Below, in pieces: positions 18,345-28,125 of a stretch of 64,000 nt of DNA (position 1 is its first letter; each line of letters begins with the position of its first letter). A program made the translations under genes and the position numbers. The notes below the pieces were generated by a model. That model saw nothing but the letters and a program-made list of their open reading frames with translations. It was not told the origin of the DNA and made no database searches. This DNA is from an uncultured Candidatus Actinomarina sp. (GTDB lineage: Bacteria; Actinomycetota; Acidimicrobiia; Actinomarinales; Actinomarinaceae): assembly GCA_902595195.1 (NCBI GenBank), contig CACJPC010000001.1, positions 86,654-150,653 of the forward strand, read 5' to 3'.

Positions 18345-19115
18345 TTACTGTCCAAATCTTCTTTCTCTTTGTGCGTACTCTCTTAAGCACCTTAAAAAAT
18401 CAATCTTTCTAAATTCTGGCCAATATACGTCTTGAAAAATAACTTCTGAATAAGCGCTTTGCCAAAGCAAGAAGCCAGAAAGTCTAGATTCTCCACTAGT
18501 TCTTATTATCAAATCTATATCAGGGGCTTCAGGAGAATAAAGGTGTTGTCTTAACTGTTCATCAGTAACGTTTTCAATCAATCTGTCAAAATCGTTTTCT
18601 TGATTCCTATTTTTGTCGATTAATCCTTTAATAGCATCTAAAATTTCCTGTCTACCTCCATATCCAAGTGCAATTGTTAAAGTCTTCTGGCCACCTCCTC
18701 TGACTTCCTCAAGTTGTTCAATGGTTGTCTGTAAGAATTCTGGAAGAAGATCTGTGCTTCCAATAAATTCAATTTTAAAATTATCAACAACGTCATCAAT
18801 TAATAAATCTTCAAATAGCTCATTTAGTATCTCAAAATATGGTTCTAGTTCTTCTTTGGGCCTAGCTAAATTTTCTCTAGATAACAGCCAGCTGGTTATG
18901 TAGTCAATCCCTACATCATCACACCACGCTATACACTCTTTAAGTCTGGTCATTCCAATCTTGTAAGATACTTCGAAACTTAAGAGGCCTTCTTTCCTTG
19001 CGTATCTTCTGTGACCATCATGTATTAGTCCTATATGTTTGGGAAGGTTTTCTTTTTTAAGTCTATTTTGTAGACGATTTTCATAGATTGAATAAATTAA
19101 TTTTGGTGATGACAT
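18345..19115 (-). CDS. uppS: isoprenyl transferase (cis-prenyl/undecaprenyl diphosphate synthase family)
   Basis: HIGLIHDGHRRYA and IRTSGESRLSGFLLWQSAYSE motifs. Confidence 0.85.
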   Translation of the reverse strand: MSSPKLIYSIYENRLQNRLKKENLPKHIGLIHDGHRRYARKEGLLSFEVSYKIGMTRLKECIAWCDDVGIDYITSWLLSRENLARPKEELEPYFEILNELFEDLLIDDVVDNFKIEFIGSTDLLPEFLQTTIEQLEEVRGGGQKTLTIALGYGGRQEILDAIKGLIDKNRNQENDFDRLIENVTDEQLRQHLYSPEAPDIDLIIRTSGESRLSGFLLWQSAYSEVIFQDVYWPEFRKIDFLRCLREYAQRERRFGQ

Positions 19116-19119
19116 TTGC

Positions 19120-20541
19120 TTATGAAGTAATAGCTTCTATTTCCTCAATAGTTTTTGGAGCTTTTTCGGTCATGTTTACTGGTCCGTCATTAGTGCAGAT
19201 AATATCGTCTTCTATCCTAACTCCTATACCCAGAAGTTCTTTGGGAATTTCATGCTTAATAGTTTTTGCATTGCTAATTTCTTCTTTTTCCAGAATTGTT
19301 GCTTTTTCCATACCGAGCAGTTTTCTTCTTTCTCTAATTTTTTTTGGATCTCGTTCAATTAATGGGAATTCAATTACGGGTTTTGTTGGACGAACATAAA
19401 TTCCCGGTTCAACTGTAGTCACCATTCCATTTTTGAATTGTCTAGGTTGACCGTCAACCTCTGTGCTTCCAGCATCATGTACATCAAGTCCAAGCCAGTG
19501 GCCGGTGCCGTGCATAAAAAATTCAAAAAAGTGCATCATTGAAATTGTTTCATCTACTCCTAAAGGAACTAGACCTAAATTCACCATTGATTCGGATAAT
19601 GATTTTATAGTATCTTCATGGAGATTTTTCATAGAGTTGCCGACAACAACTCCCTCTATTCCAAGATTCTGAGCTTTTAATACTTCGTTATATATATCTT
19701 TTTGTGGTGAAGAAAACTTCTTGTGTATTGGAAATGTCCTAGTTACATCTGAGGAGTACATTCCGTACTCTGCTGCTGCATCAATTAAAAGAAGTTCTCC
19801 TTCATTGAGAATTTCTCTATTTGTTGAATAATGAAGGATACAAGAGTTATCACCGCCTGCGACAATTGATGGGTATCCCAGTCTTTCTGCTCCATTGTCA
19901 TAAAATACTTTTTCCATTTCAGCGGCAATCTGATATTCATATTTTCCTGGCTCAGTGTGCTTCATAGCTTCAATATGACCTAATACTGTTATGTCACAGG
20001 CTGTTTTTAATAGCTCCAACTCGCCATTATTTTTAATTAATCGTAGTTCTGAAATCAAAGGAGACAATGAATGTAGAGTTGCTTTACTAAACTCAGATCC
20101 TCTCTGATCATAGGGAATAGCGTGTGCTAAGCCATCTCTGTCGTATTTTTCAAAAAATGGAGAAGAATAATCGCAATATACATCTGTTACGCCCTCAAGA
20201 AGGTTTCCAAGTTCTTTTTGGTAATCATTAAATGAATAAGCTTTTGTTGCATTATATTTTTCTAATGCACCCTCCTGCCCAATTCTTTTTCCATCCCATG
20301 TTTCCATTTCTTCATTGCGATCCTGAACAAATAGATGCAGTTCGGGCGTTGAGTCTTTAATTACAATAACAGCGTGGGCTTCAGGCTCAGGCCATTCAGT
20401 TAAGTAGTAGAAATTTGAATCTTGTCTGAACGGATACCAAGTGTCATTATTTCTGTATGTAATTTTTCCACTATGAATTAGCACTGCGCCATTTCCAATT
20501 TGTTGTGCTAAATGTTTTCTTGCGTCGGTAGAATTATTCAT
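19120..20541 (-). CDS. pepP: Xaa-Pro aminopeptidase (M24B)
   Basis: An AMP_N-like N-terminus and the M24 pita-bread metal ligands (LIDAAAEY, HGTGHWLGLDVHD, TVEPGIY, GVRIEDD). Confidence 0.85.
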   Translation of the reverse strand: MNNSTDARKHLAQQIGNGAVLIHSGKITYRNNDTWYPFRQDSNFYYLTEWPEPEAHAVIVIKDSTPELHLFVQDRNEEMETWDGKRIGQEGALEKYNATKAYSFNDYQKELGNLLEGVTDVYCDYSSPFFEKYDRDGLAHAIPYDQRGSEFSKATLHSLSPLISELRLIKNNGELELLKTACDITVLGHIEAMKHTEPGKYEYQIAAEMEKVFYDNGAERLGYPSIVAGGDNSCILHYSTNREILNEGELLLIDAAAEYGMYSSDVTRTFPIHKKFSSPQKDIYNEVLKAQNLGIEGVVVGNSMKNLHEDTIKSLSESMVNLGLVPLGVDETISMMHFFEFFMHGTGHWLGLDVHDAGSTEVDGQPRQFKNGMVTTVEPGIYVRPTKPVIEFPLIERDPKKIRERRKLLGMEKATILEKEEISNAKTIKHEIPKELLGIGVRIEDDIICTNDGPVNMTEKAPKTIEEIEAITS

Positions 20542-20586
20542 CTATTGAATAAGAATAATGTACAACAGCCGCAAATTGCTAGTGTT

Positions 20587-21393
20587 TTATGTAGAAATCA
20601 AAAATTTATCTAATAGCTGGTTCCATGAATTTTCATTATGCTTTCCTTTTGGCAGTTGAATGAAGTTTGTCTCAATATTGTTTTCTTTGATAGTTTCATT
20701 AATTTTTTTTACACCAGAAACGTAGAAGTCATTGTTGTTAGTGTAATCTAAACCCCATTCAGCAGGTTTGATAATGTTTGATTTATCCTCAAAAATTTCA
20801 CCCTCTTCAGAACCAACGGAGATATTGCATATAGTTTTCTTATTGAGGTTCTTTAGGTCATTTATAAAATCTGTGTATCCATACCAAAATGCAGGAGAAA
20901 ATGAAATAATATTACTAAAGGTGGGGTATAAAATTGATGTTTTTATTGACATTAGACCTCCCATTGACGATCCCATAACGATCCTTTTAGTCGAACTAAA
21001 TTCAACATCATAATCAGCTAAGACTATAGGTAAGTATTGTTCAACAATTGATTGTATATGACTGATTGCATGGTTGTTGTTTCTACTTGGCGGATAAGGG
21101 TTGTATTGTTTTTTTCTATTTTTATTTGATGTAACTCCCATGACGAAGTATCCGTTTTTGCTATTGTTCTCATGCTTTAAAAGCAGTTCCTCTAGGTTAA
21201 ACGAGTAGCCAAATGCACTTTTTGAGTCTAAAAAAAGATTCTCTGCATCAAAAGAAAGAATAAAATGTGTTATTCTTCTGAGTTTCGGAAATCTTACGAT
21301 AAAACAGTTGGAGTCTTCTATGTCGATATCAACAACAGGTTGGCTTATAAAAATGTTGTCAAAAGCATTCTCATATTTTGAAAATAGGAGCAT
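20587..21393 (-). CDS. alpha/beta hydrolase, esterase family
   Basis: A GSSMGG nucleophile elbow with an esterase-D-like layout. Confidence 0.6.
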   Translation of the reverse strand: MLLFSKYENAFDNIFISQPVVDIDIEDSNCFIVRFPKLRRITHFILSFDAENLFLDSKSAFGYSFNLEELLLKHENNSKNGYFVMGVTSNKNRKKQYNPYPPSRNNNHAISHIQSIVEQYLPIVLADYDVEFSSTKRIVMGSSMGGLMSIKTSILYPTFSNIISFSPAFWYGYTDFINDLKNLNKKTICNISVGSEEGEIFEDKSNIIKPAEWGLDYTNNNDFYVSGVKKINETIKENNIETNFIQLPKGKHNENSWNQLLDKFLIST

Positions 21394-21397
21394 TCAG

Positions 21398-21859
21398 TTA
21401 GTTTAAATTGTTCTCAATAGTGTTTGCTACATCTTTAGCTATCTTTTCATTTGGAGTGATTATTAAAACTACATTGTCTCCAGCAATTGATGCAACTATA
21501 CCCTCGATATACAAGTTATCAATTGACTCAGCGATTACTTGAGCAGCAGCAGTAGTTGTCTTAACAACAACTTGGTTAGAGACTGGCTCTATTTCTAAAA
21601 CAAAGTCTTGAAGTGCTCTTTTGGCTATTTTGTATTGAGCGTTATTATCTTGATTTTTTGGTAATAAGTAAACCAACCTACCATTTTTTAATCTTTTCTT
21701 TATAGCTCCAAGCTCATTTAAGTCTCTTGACAGAGTGGCTTGCGTAATAACTGTCCCATTCTTTTTAAGCATGCCTTTAAGTTGATTCTGTGATGAAACA
21801 TTTCCAGAATCAATAAAGTCAGCAATCATCTTTTGTCTTTGAATAGTTGCTTTTGTCAT
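21398..21859 (-). CDS. argR: arginine repressor
   Basis: ITQATLSRDLNELGAIK is the winged helix, and a C-terminal oligomerisation domain (GDNVVLII) is present. The track ORF extends to 21895, but the ATG at 21859 (MTKATIQRQ) gives the normal length. Confidence 0.85.
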   Translation of the reverse strand: MTKATIQRQKMIADFIDSGNVSSQNQLKGMLKKNGTVITQATLSRDLNELGAIKKRLKNGRLVYLLPKNQDNNAQYKIAKRALQDFVLEIEPVSNQVVVKTTTAAAQVIAESIDNLYIEGIVASIAGDNVVLIITPNEKIAKDVANTIENNLN

Positions 21860-21860
21860 A

Positions 21861-21894
21861 TTTATAAATATACATTTGTTTGTATATTTATACA
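21861..21894 (-). promoter_or_regulatory. two tandem ARG-box-like 14-bp palindromes immediately upstream of argR
   Basis: In the minus-strand reading: TGTATAAATATACA - aacaaa - TGTATATTTATAAA - t - ATG(argR). Each copy has the TGNAT-W4-ATNCA shape of the ARG-box core TGAAT-W4-ATTCA. The centres are 20 bp apart. Confidence 0.55.
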
Positions 21895-21895
21895 A

Positions 21896-23269
21896 TTATA
21901 ATTTTTTATATGTTTCCTCAGCAAGTTTTAAAGCATCTTCTTTGGATACCTCACCGTCGTTAATCCTTTGTTCATATAGGGCTTTCATAATAACTCCAAC
22001 TTTAGGTCCAGGTTGAATGTTGAAATGTTCCATAATCTCATCTCCTGATAAAGCTGGTCTAATTTTGGATAGCTCCTCTTTAGCTTTAACTTCTTCTATC
22101 CTTTTTTCCATTTCATCAAGATTTTCATATATCTCTTTTGCTTTTATTTTGTTTTTTGTAGTTACATCCGCTCTTACTAGTTCATTTAAATCCTCAAGCA
22201 TATGTCCAGCATCAACAATGTATCTTCTCACTGCTGAATCTGTCCATCCCATCTTGAAAGTATGGGGACGTAAGTGCTGTTCAACAAGTAGCGCTATATC
22301 TTCAATTGTTTTTTTATCATACTTCAATCCCTTTAATATTTTTTTTGTCATCCTTGCGCCCACTACTTCGTGGTGCCTAAAGTGTACTTTTCCATTTTCT
22401 ATTCCTTTAGTGTTTGGTTTAGCAATATCATGTAAAAGAGCTCCCATTCTAAGTGTGAGTTTTGGTGGTACCCCATCTAAAACTGCTAATGTATGTTCAT
22501 AAACATCTTTGTGGTGGTGTTTTGGATCCACTTCTATTTTAAGTTCATTTATTTCTGGAATAATATATAAACTCAGACCGCTCTCAACTAAAGTTCGAAT
22601 GCCCATTGATGGGCTCTTGCCAACTAAAAGTTTATTTATCTCATCTCTAATTCTCTCTTTTGTTATTATTTTTATTCGTTCTATATTTTCTTTCATTGCT
22701 ATGTAGGTTTCATTGTCTGGTGAAAATCCATGTGTGCTTGCAAATCTACATACTCTTAACATTCTTAAAGGATCATCAGAAAAGGAGATGATTGGATCAT
22801 CTGGTGTTGATATAGTTCCAGATGCAAGGTCTTTTAAACCTGAAAATGGGTCTATTAATTCATTAGTTTCTAATGAATAGGCAATGGAATTTATTGTAAA
22901 GTCTCTTCTCGATAAATCTGTAACAAGATCAGAAGCTTTTTCTATTTCGGGGTTTCTTGAATCTGTTTCATAGGTGTCTTTCCTAAAAGTAGTTATATGC
23001 ACTACCCTTTCTTGGTCATAAAGTTCAATTGTCCCAAAAGCTTTCCCTACCTCAGTTGTTTTGTAATTATTTTTTTTAAGCAATTCGATTGACTCTTCTG
23101 GGGTGGCGTTAGTTGTAAAGTCAAAATCGTTTGTCGGGATGTCTAGTATTCCATCCCTTACTGCACCTCCAACAAGATATAACTCAAAACCATTACCGTG
23201 ATATAAGGAAGAAAGAGTGCTTAAAAAGCTATTGTTCTCAACTAATTTTAATAGTGTAATTGGTACCAT
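21896..23269 (-). CDS. cca: CCA tRNA nucleotidyltransferase / poly(A) polymerase family with HD domain
   Basis: GGAVRD and a DFDF nucleotidyltransferase motif are followed by an HD domain (HHKDVYEHT, LHDIAKP). The position next to a NUDIX gene matches actinobacterial pcnA-mutT4. Confidence 0.85.
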   Translation of the reverse strand: MVPITLLKLVENNSFLSTLSSLYHGNGFELYLVGGAVRDGILDIPTNDFDFTTNATPEESIELLKKNNYKTTEVGKAFGTIELYDQERVVHITTFRKDTYETDSRNPEIEKASDLVTDLSRRDFTINSIAYSLETNELIDPFSGLKDLASGTISTPDDPIISFSDDPLRMLRVCRFASTHGFSPDNETYIAMKENIERIKIITKERIRDEINKLLVGKSPSMGIRTLVESGLSLYIIPEINELKIEVDPKHHHKDVYEHTLAVLDGVPPKLTLRMGALLHDIAKPNTKGIENGKVHFRHHEVVGARMTKKILKGLKYDKKTIEDIALLVEQHLRPHTFKMGWTDSAVRRYIVDAGHMLEDLNELVRADVTTKNKIKAKEIYENLDEMEKRIEEVKAKEELSKIRPALSGDEIMEHFNIQPGPKVGVIMKALYEQRINDGEVSKEDALKLAEETYKKL

Positions 23270-23306
23270 ATTGATAGCTTAGAAGAACTGTGGATACAAT
23301 AGAAGA

Positions 23307-23732
23307 ATGAATTCAAAAGTAGATTTTGCAGCTGGAGGAATTGTTGTAGATAACAACAAGGTACTACTGGTTAAAAACAAAAAAAGTGAATATGTAGACG
23401 ATCCAAAGTCGTTTTGGGGTTTTCCAAAAGGGCACATGGAAGAAGGTGAAACACCAAAAGATGCTGCAAAAAGAGAAGTGTCTGAGGAAACCGGTTTTAT
23501 CGTAGAACTGTCTGATGAAAAGCCCTTGGCTGAATCACGATATGAAATATCGGTTAATAATGAAAAAGTTAAGAAAACAGTTTGGTTTTTCAAAATGCAT
23601 GTTGTGAAGGCGTTTGATAGCGAGCCTGATGATGAAATTGAGGAAGTGGCTTTAGTTGATTATGAAACAGCTGTAAATCTCGTAACACACGATGAAGATA
23701 AGAAAATACTTAAGTATGTATTTAACAGATGA
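23307..23732 (+). CDS. NUDIX hydrolase
   Basis: The Nudix box is GFPKGHMEEGETPKDAAKREVSEETG. Confidence 0.85.
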   Translation: MNSKVDFAAGGIVVDNNKVLLVKNKKSEYVDDPKSFWGFPKGHMEEGETPKDAAKREVSEETGFIVELSDEKPLAESRYEISVNNEKVKKTVWFFKMHVVKAFDSEPDDEIEEVALVDYETAVNLVTHDEDKKILKYVFNR

Positions 23733-24414
23733 GAAAACCAAACACACTTCTTGGGTTGGGAGTTACCAAACAAGAAAATGGAACGATGTTACTTCAATAA
23801 TTTATTTTGAAAAAGTTTATGGTGGGAGGAGTCTTCTAAAAAGAATAAAACAAGAAGCTGAAAATACAGGGCTTAAATTTAATTCATCAATGATTCAAGA
23901 AAATGAAACCCACAGTTGGTTGTCATCTGGATGGAATGCTGCTGAAAAATTAAATGTTCTGTCAATAAATTTAAGAAGTTTAGAACTAAAAAATATTGAG
24001 CCTTCGCATTGTGAAAATTTTACAAAAAACAATATCGATGAATTAATTGATCTTGATAGATCTATATTTAGCCCTTATTGGCAAAATTCAAGGGCAGCAT
24101 TTGTAGAAACTCTTGATAGCTGTAATCAAAACTTTTTGTTCAAAGAATATAGCGGAGATAGTCTTGTTGGGTATGCGATTTTGGGAGCAACAAGAAACTT
24201 TTCATTCTTACAAAGATTTGGAATTAGTACAGAATATCAACACAATGGTCATGGTTCCAAATTGCTTAATAGTGTTCTTAACTTTGCCAAAGAAAAAAAA
24301 TACATAAATATACGTTTAAATACTCAAGAGAATAACGAGGCTGCTAAAGGCCTCTATACAAAACATGGTTTTGAATTTACAAAAACTAATTTCATAATCT
24401 TAAGTACTAGTTAG
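23692..24414 (+). CDS. GNAT family N-acetyltransferase
   Basis: The C-terminal acetyl-CoA binding pattern is QRFGISTEYQHNGHGSKLL...AKGLYTKHGFEF. The start is uncertain: ATG 23716 would shorten the overlap with the NUDIX gene. Confidence 0.7.
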   Translation: MKIRKYLSMYLTDEKTKHTSWVGSYQTRKWNDVTSIIYFEKVYGGRSLLKRIKQEAENTGLKFNSSMIQENETHSWLSSGWNAAEKLNVLSINLRSLELKNIEPSHCENFTKNNIDELIDLDRSIFSPYWQNSRAAFVETLDSCNQNFLFKEYSGDSLVGYAILGATRNFSFLQRFGISTEYQHNGHGSKLLNSVLNFAKEKKYINIRLNTQENNEAAKGLYTKHGFEFTKTNFIILSTS

Positions 24415-24461
24415 ATTTTTAGAACTACATTAATAATTTTTGAACGCTTAATATTAGGTAT

Positions 24462-24743
24462 ATGGAACAAGAAGATAGTTTTGTAGAATCCGTAGAAAGC
24501 TTAATTGAAACTATTAAAAGGTTAGTTGTTAAACCTGTAAAAAGAATTGCAGGGTTTGCGTCAATGGGATTTCTGTTGGTTGTTTTGCTTTTAATGGCTT
24601 TGGGATTTCTTATTATTGGAATAATAAAAATTATGCAGGGGCTTGGGTTACTTCTTGGAATTAATCCAACAGGCTTTGCTTTTGCCTCAATAGGACTACT
24701 CTTCTTAATTATGTCTTTAAGAAATTATTGGAGAAAAAAGTAA
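24462..24743 (+). CDS. small two-helix membrane protein, unknown function
   Basis: ORF track. Two long hydrophobic helices, and a TAATG overlap with the trxB start. Confidence 0.55.
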   Translation: MEQEDSFVESVESLIETIKRLVVKPVKRIAGFASMGFLLVVLLLMALGFLIIGIIKIMQGLGLLLGINPTGFAFASIGLLFLIMSLRNYWRKK

Positions 24744-25657
24744 TGGAAAATGTAGCAATTATTGGTTCTGGTCCGGCAGGATATACTGCAGGAATATATG
24801 CTGGAAGAGCAAGTCTCTCTCCAGTACTTTTTGAAGGTTTAGAGTCTGGGGGTCAGTTGATGTTAACCACAGATGTTGAAAATTATCCAGGTTTTGTCGA
24901 TGGCATTATGGGTCCTGAATTAATGCAAGTTTTTAAAGGACAAGCTGAAAGGTTTGGAACAGAAATTAAAACAGAAACAATAGATTCAATAGAAAAACTT
25001 GATAATGGTTTTAAGCTAACAAGTTCTAAGGGAGAGTACCTGTTTAAATCAGTAATAATTGCATCTGGGGCATCAGCGAGATGGCTTGGAGTAGAAGGTG
25101 AAAAAGAATTACAGGGATATGGTGTTTCAGCATGTGCTACCTGTGATGGTTTTTTCTTTAAAGAGAAGATTGTTGCAGTTGTGGGTGGCGGTGATTCTGC
25201 AATGGAAGAGGCACTGTTTTTAACAAAGTTTGCATCAAAAGTTTATGTAATACACAGAAGAGACCAGTTTAGAGCAAGCCAAATAATGCAAGACAGGGTA
25301 CTAAATCATGAACAAATAGAAGTAGTTTGGAACAAAACTGTTGAAAAAATTAATGGTGATGGGAGCGTTTCATCAATTGAGTTGAAAGATGTAGAAAACG
25401 AAACAACGAGTGAATTAGAGCTTGATGGAGTGTTTGTTGCCATAGGTCATGATCCAAATGTAAAATTTTTAGACGAGCTTGTAGAACTTGATGAAAAAGG
25501 ATACATAAAAACTGGGTTCACAACGGAGACAAGCACTTCAGTACCTGGTGTGTTTGCAGCTGGCGATGTAGCAGATTCTTTATACAGACAAGCAATTACT
25601 GCTGCTGGTACCGGGTGTCAAGCAGCAATGGATGTTGAGAGATGGCTTGACCACTAA
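24743..25657 (+). CDS. trxB: thioredoxin-disulfide reductase
   Basis: GSGPAGYTAG (FAD), the redox-active CATCDG, and GGGDSAMEEA (NADPH). The start was moved to ATG 24743 (MENVAIIGSG). Confidence 0.9.
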   Translation: MENVAIIGSGPAGYTAGIYAGRASLSPVLFEGLESGGQLMLTTDVENYPGFVDGIMGPELMQVFKGQAERFGTEIKTETIDSIEKLDNGFKLTSSKGEYLFKSVIIASGASARWLGVEGEKELQGYGVSACATCDGFFFKEKIVAVVGGGDSAMEEALFLTKFASKVYVIHRRDQFRASQIMQDRVLNHEQIEVVWNKTVEKINGDGSVSSIELKDVENETTSELELDGVFVAIGHDPNVKFLDELVELDEKGYIKTGFTTETSTSVPGVFAAGDVADSLYRQAITAAGTGCQAAMDVERWLDH

Positions 25658-26582
25658 TTTAAACTTTACAAAATACTTACAAGAACTTTCAAACGAAGAG
25701 TTAGATGATATAAATATAAAACTCAATTCATGTGGTTATCCTGGTTCTAAAAACGTTGAAGAGTTGATCAATCTTGTAGAGTTGTTTATAGAAGATCACA
25801 ACCTTTCAAAAACTATTTCGAAAGAGCATTTATGGCTTGAACTCTTAAACAATGGTTATGTTTTGGGTGATAGGATTCTTTTATTATCAAAACCAGTTTT
25901 ATATGGTTCTGATGTAGAAGAGCTTCAAGAATATCTTTCTAGGTTGGGTTTTTACTCTGAACCGATAAATTCTACTTTTGATAATAATGTAAGTAGATCT
26001 GTTAAGTTGTTTCAGGAAAATAGAGGATTGTCCGTTGATGGTACGGTAGGCCTAGAAACTGCAGCTGAAATTAAAAAATTACTAAGGCCAACAATGAATA
26101 CATCTTTGAATGAGGCTGTAAAAACCTTTAAGGGGAGTTCTAGCAATCTTTCAATCTGTTTTGACATAGAAAACCGTGGAGATTATAAAGAACAGATAGG
26201 TTTATATCAAAAAATAAAAGACTTCTGTAATGAAAACAACTTAAATATTTCATTTTCTTCAGAAATCACACAAGACAATGATGAAGAAAACAGCATCGAG
26301 TACGTAAACAAAGTTAATCCCACTTTGTTTTTGAGTTTAAGAAACTCTGTAGATTTAAAAGTAAATTTTTTCCAAGGTAAACATTCATCAAGTTCAATTG
26401 GTGAAAGAATCTCAACAAAGATTGAATCCTCAATGGGGTTTGTTGCAGAGGGCAGGTCTTTGTCTGTTTTAAAAAATACTAAATCTGTCACTTTAGTAAT
26501 AAATGGTAATTTTTACCAATATGCAATAATCGATTTACTTTCTTGCATTCTTGAGGAATTAAAGGAAATTTATAAAGATTAA
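25632..26582 (+). CDS. CwlM-like protein: PG_binding_1 domain + degenerate amidase_3-like domain, no signal peptide
   Basis: VEELQEYLSRLGFYSEPINSTFDNNVSRSVKLFQENRGLSVDGTVGLETAAEI is the peptidoglycan-binding repeat. The C-terminal half aligns by eye to MurNAc-L-Ala amidase_3. The position after trxB matches actinobacterial cwlM. Confidence 0.6.
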   Translation: MLRDGLTTNLNFTKYLQELSNEELDDINIKLNSCGYPGSKNVEELINLVELFIEDHNLSKTISKEHLWLELLNNGYVLGDRILLLSKPVLYGSDVEELQEYLSRLGFYSEPINSTFDNNVSRSVKLFQENRGLSVDGTVGLETAAEIKKLLRPTMNTSLNEAVKTFKGSSSNLSICFDIENRGDYKEQIGLYQKIKDFCNENNLNISFSSEITQDNDEENSIEYVNKVNPTLFLSLRNSVDLKVNFFQGKHSSSSIGERISTKIESSMGFVAEGRSLSVLKNTKSVTLVINGNFYQYAIIDLLSCILEELKEIYKD

Positions 26583-27373
26583 GAGATTTTTTTTATAAAC
26601 GAATCAAGGTCTTTTTTTGAATTTAATGTAAAACTTATTTTTGTTTTATTTTTGCTTTTTTTAAATGTGACCTTTGTTCCAAGTAGATTTTCCAACATAT
26701 TTTTATAATGAAAAGACTCTTCATCTGCGTTAGTACCGTGGAGTTGACGAACTTTTTCTTCCACATCTCTACTAGAAAGATTTAATGCAATTATATCTTT
26801 CAGCATCTTATCTTGAACGCTATGCTCTAAAACTATAATTGGTTTGATCTGGCCAAACGAGACCTCTTCATTACTTAAAGCGTTTTGAGCATTTGGGCTT
26901 AGGTTAGAAATTCTAAGCATGTTAGAAATATGAGGTCTACTTTTACCAACTAAAAAGCCTATTTCATCGTTAGAAAGTTCATAGTTTTCTTTTAGATTTT
27001 TATAAGCCAAAGCCTCTTCAATTGAATTTAACTGGCTTCTTTGAATATTTTCAACTATTCCGAGAACTGCTGCATCTCTTTGACTTACGTCCTTTATAAG
27101 ACAGGGAACAGATTCTAATTTAAGCATTTTAGATGCTCTCAGTCTTCTCTCGCCGGCAATCAGTTCATATTGATTGTTTTCAAGCTTCTGAACAATAAGT
27201 GGTTGGAGTATTCCATTTTTAGATATCGAATCTCTTAATTCCTCTAATTTTTTTTGGTCAAACTTTTTACGGGCCTGGGTTGGACTCTCCTTAATAGAGT
27301 CAATATTCACATTTTTTATCACAAGATCTTTAGTATCGCTATTGGTTATTAGATCGCTTAAAGTACGTTTCAT
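26579..27373 (-). CDS. parB: chromosome partitioning protein ParB
   Basis: ParB box GERRLRA with a helix-turn-helix region. The position is next to parA. Confidence 0.9.
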   Translation of the reverse strand: MKRTLSDLITNSDTKDLVIKNVNIDSIKESPTQARKKFDQKKLEELRDSISKNGILQPLIVQKLENNQYELIAGERRLRASKMLKLESVPCLIKDVSQRDAAVLGIVENIQRSQLNSIEEALAYKNLKENYELSNDEIGFLVGKSRPHISNMLRISNLSPNAQNALSNEEVSFGQIKPIIVLEHSVQDKMLKDIIALNLSSRDVEEKVRQLHGTNADEESFHYKNMLENLLGTKVTFKKSKNKTKISFTLNSKKDLDSFIKKIS

Positions 27374-28125
27374 AATCCCACTTTTTCAAAAATTTCTTCG
27401 GAAAGCTCAATAAATTCAAGCTTTGCTTTGCTGTTTTCATTGAAATCAAGCACGGTCTTAGCATAGAATGGGCTGTCAGCTATTTCAGTTAATTGGGAAA
27501 TTTTTGAATTAAAAAGTTTGTCAGCCAATAAAAACCTGAGTTCGTTTTCAAAGGACTGAAAGCTTGATCTTCTAGTGTCAACCTGGTTTAAAACAACACC
27601 TAAAAATATAGGGTCCGCTTTGATAACGTTATTTATTGTTTCCTTTGCAAAATCCATTGCTTGAGAAACTCCTTCTACAGCTAAAAATTCAGGTTTTGAT
27701 GGTATCAAGTAATAATCACTTATTGTTAAAGATTCTTGTGTTAAAGAGCTTATCGTTGGTGGGGTATCAATCAAAATTAAGTCAAAGCCCTTTTCCCTAA
27801 AAAAGTTTTTATGTTTCATGAGTTTTGAACCACCTATAATTTTTTCATTACTGTGCTTAGTTATTGATTTATTTGAAGGAATCAAATAAAGACTTTCAGA
27901 AACTTTCATAATTTCTTTATCTAGCCTGTTTTCAAATAAATCTGTTGTGTTTAGCGCTTCTTTAGAGTTTTTATCAAAATTTAGGTATGTTGATACATTT
28001 CCTTGAGGATCGGTATCTATCAATAGAGTTTTGTGGCCTTTGTGTGAAAGTAGTTTTCCTAAATTTACAACAAAAGTTGTTTTACCAACTCCACCTTTTT
28101 GGCACAATATTGTAAGAACCTTCAC
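27370..28125 (-). CDS. parA: chromosome partitioning ATPase ParA/Soj
   Basis: Deviant Walker A QKGGVGKTT; 4-nt overlaps with the neighbouring genes. Confidence 0.9.
   Translation of the reverse strand: MKVLTILCQKGGVGKTTFVVNLGKLLSHKGHKTLLIDTDPQGNVSTYLNFDKNSKEALNTTDLFENRLDKEIMKVSESLYLIPSNKSITKHSNEKIIGGSKLMKHKNFFREKGFDLILIDTPPTISSLTQESLTISDYYLIPSKPEFLAVEGVSQAMDFAKETINNVIKADPIFLGVVLNQVDTRRSSFQSFENELRFLLADKLFNSKISQLTEIADSPFYAKTVLDFNENSKAKLEFIELSEEIFEKVGL

Noticed and set aside
23279-23593. A 104-aa minus-strand ORF overlapping the NUDIX gene.
   Set aside because: The plus-strand frame carries a textbook Nudix box. The minus-strand product is Ser-rich with no features.
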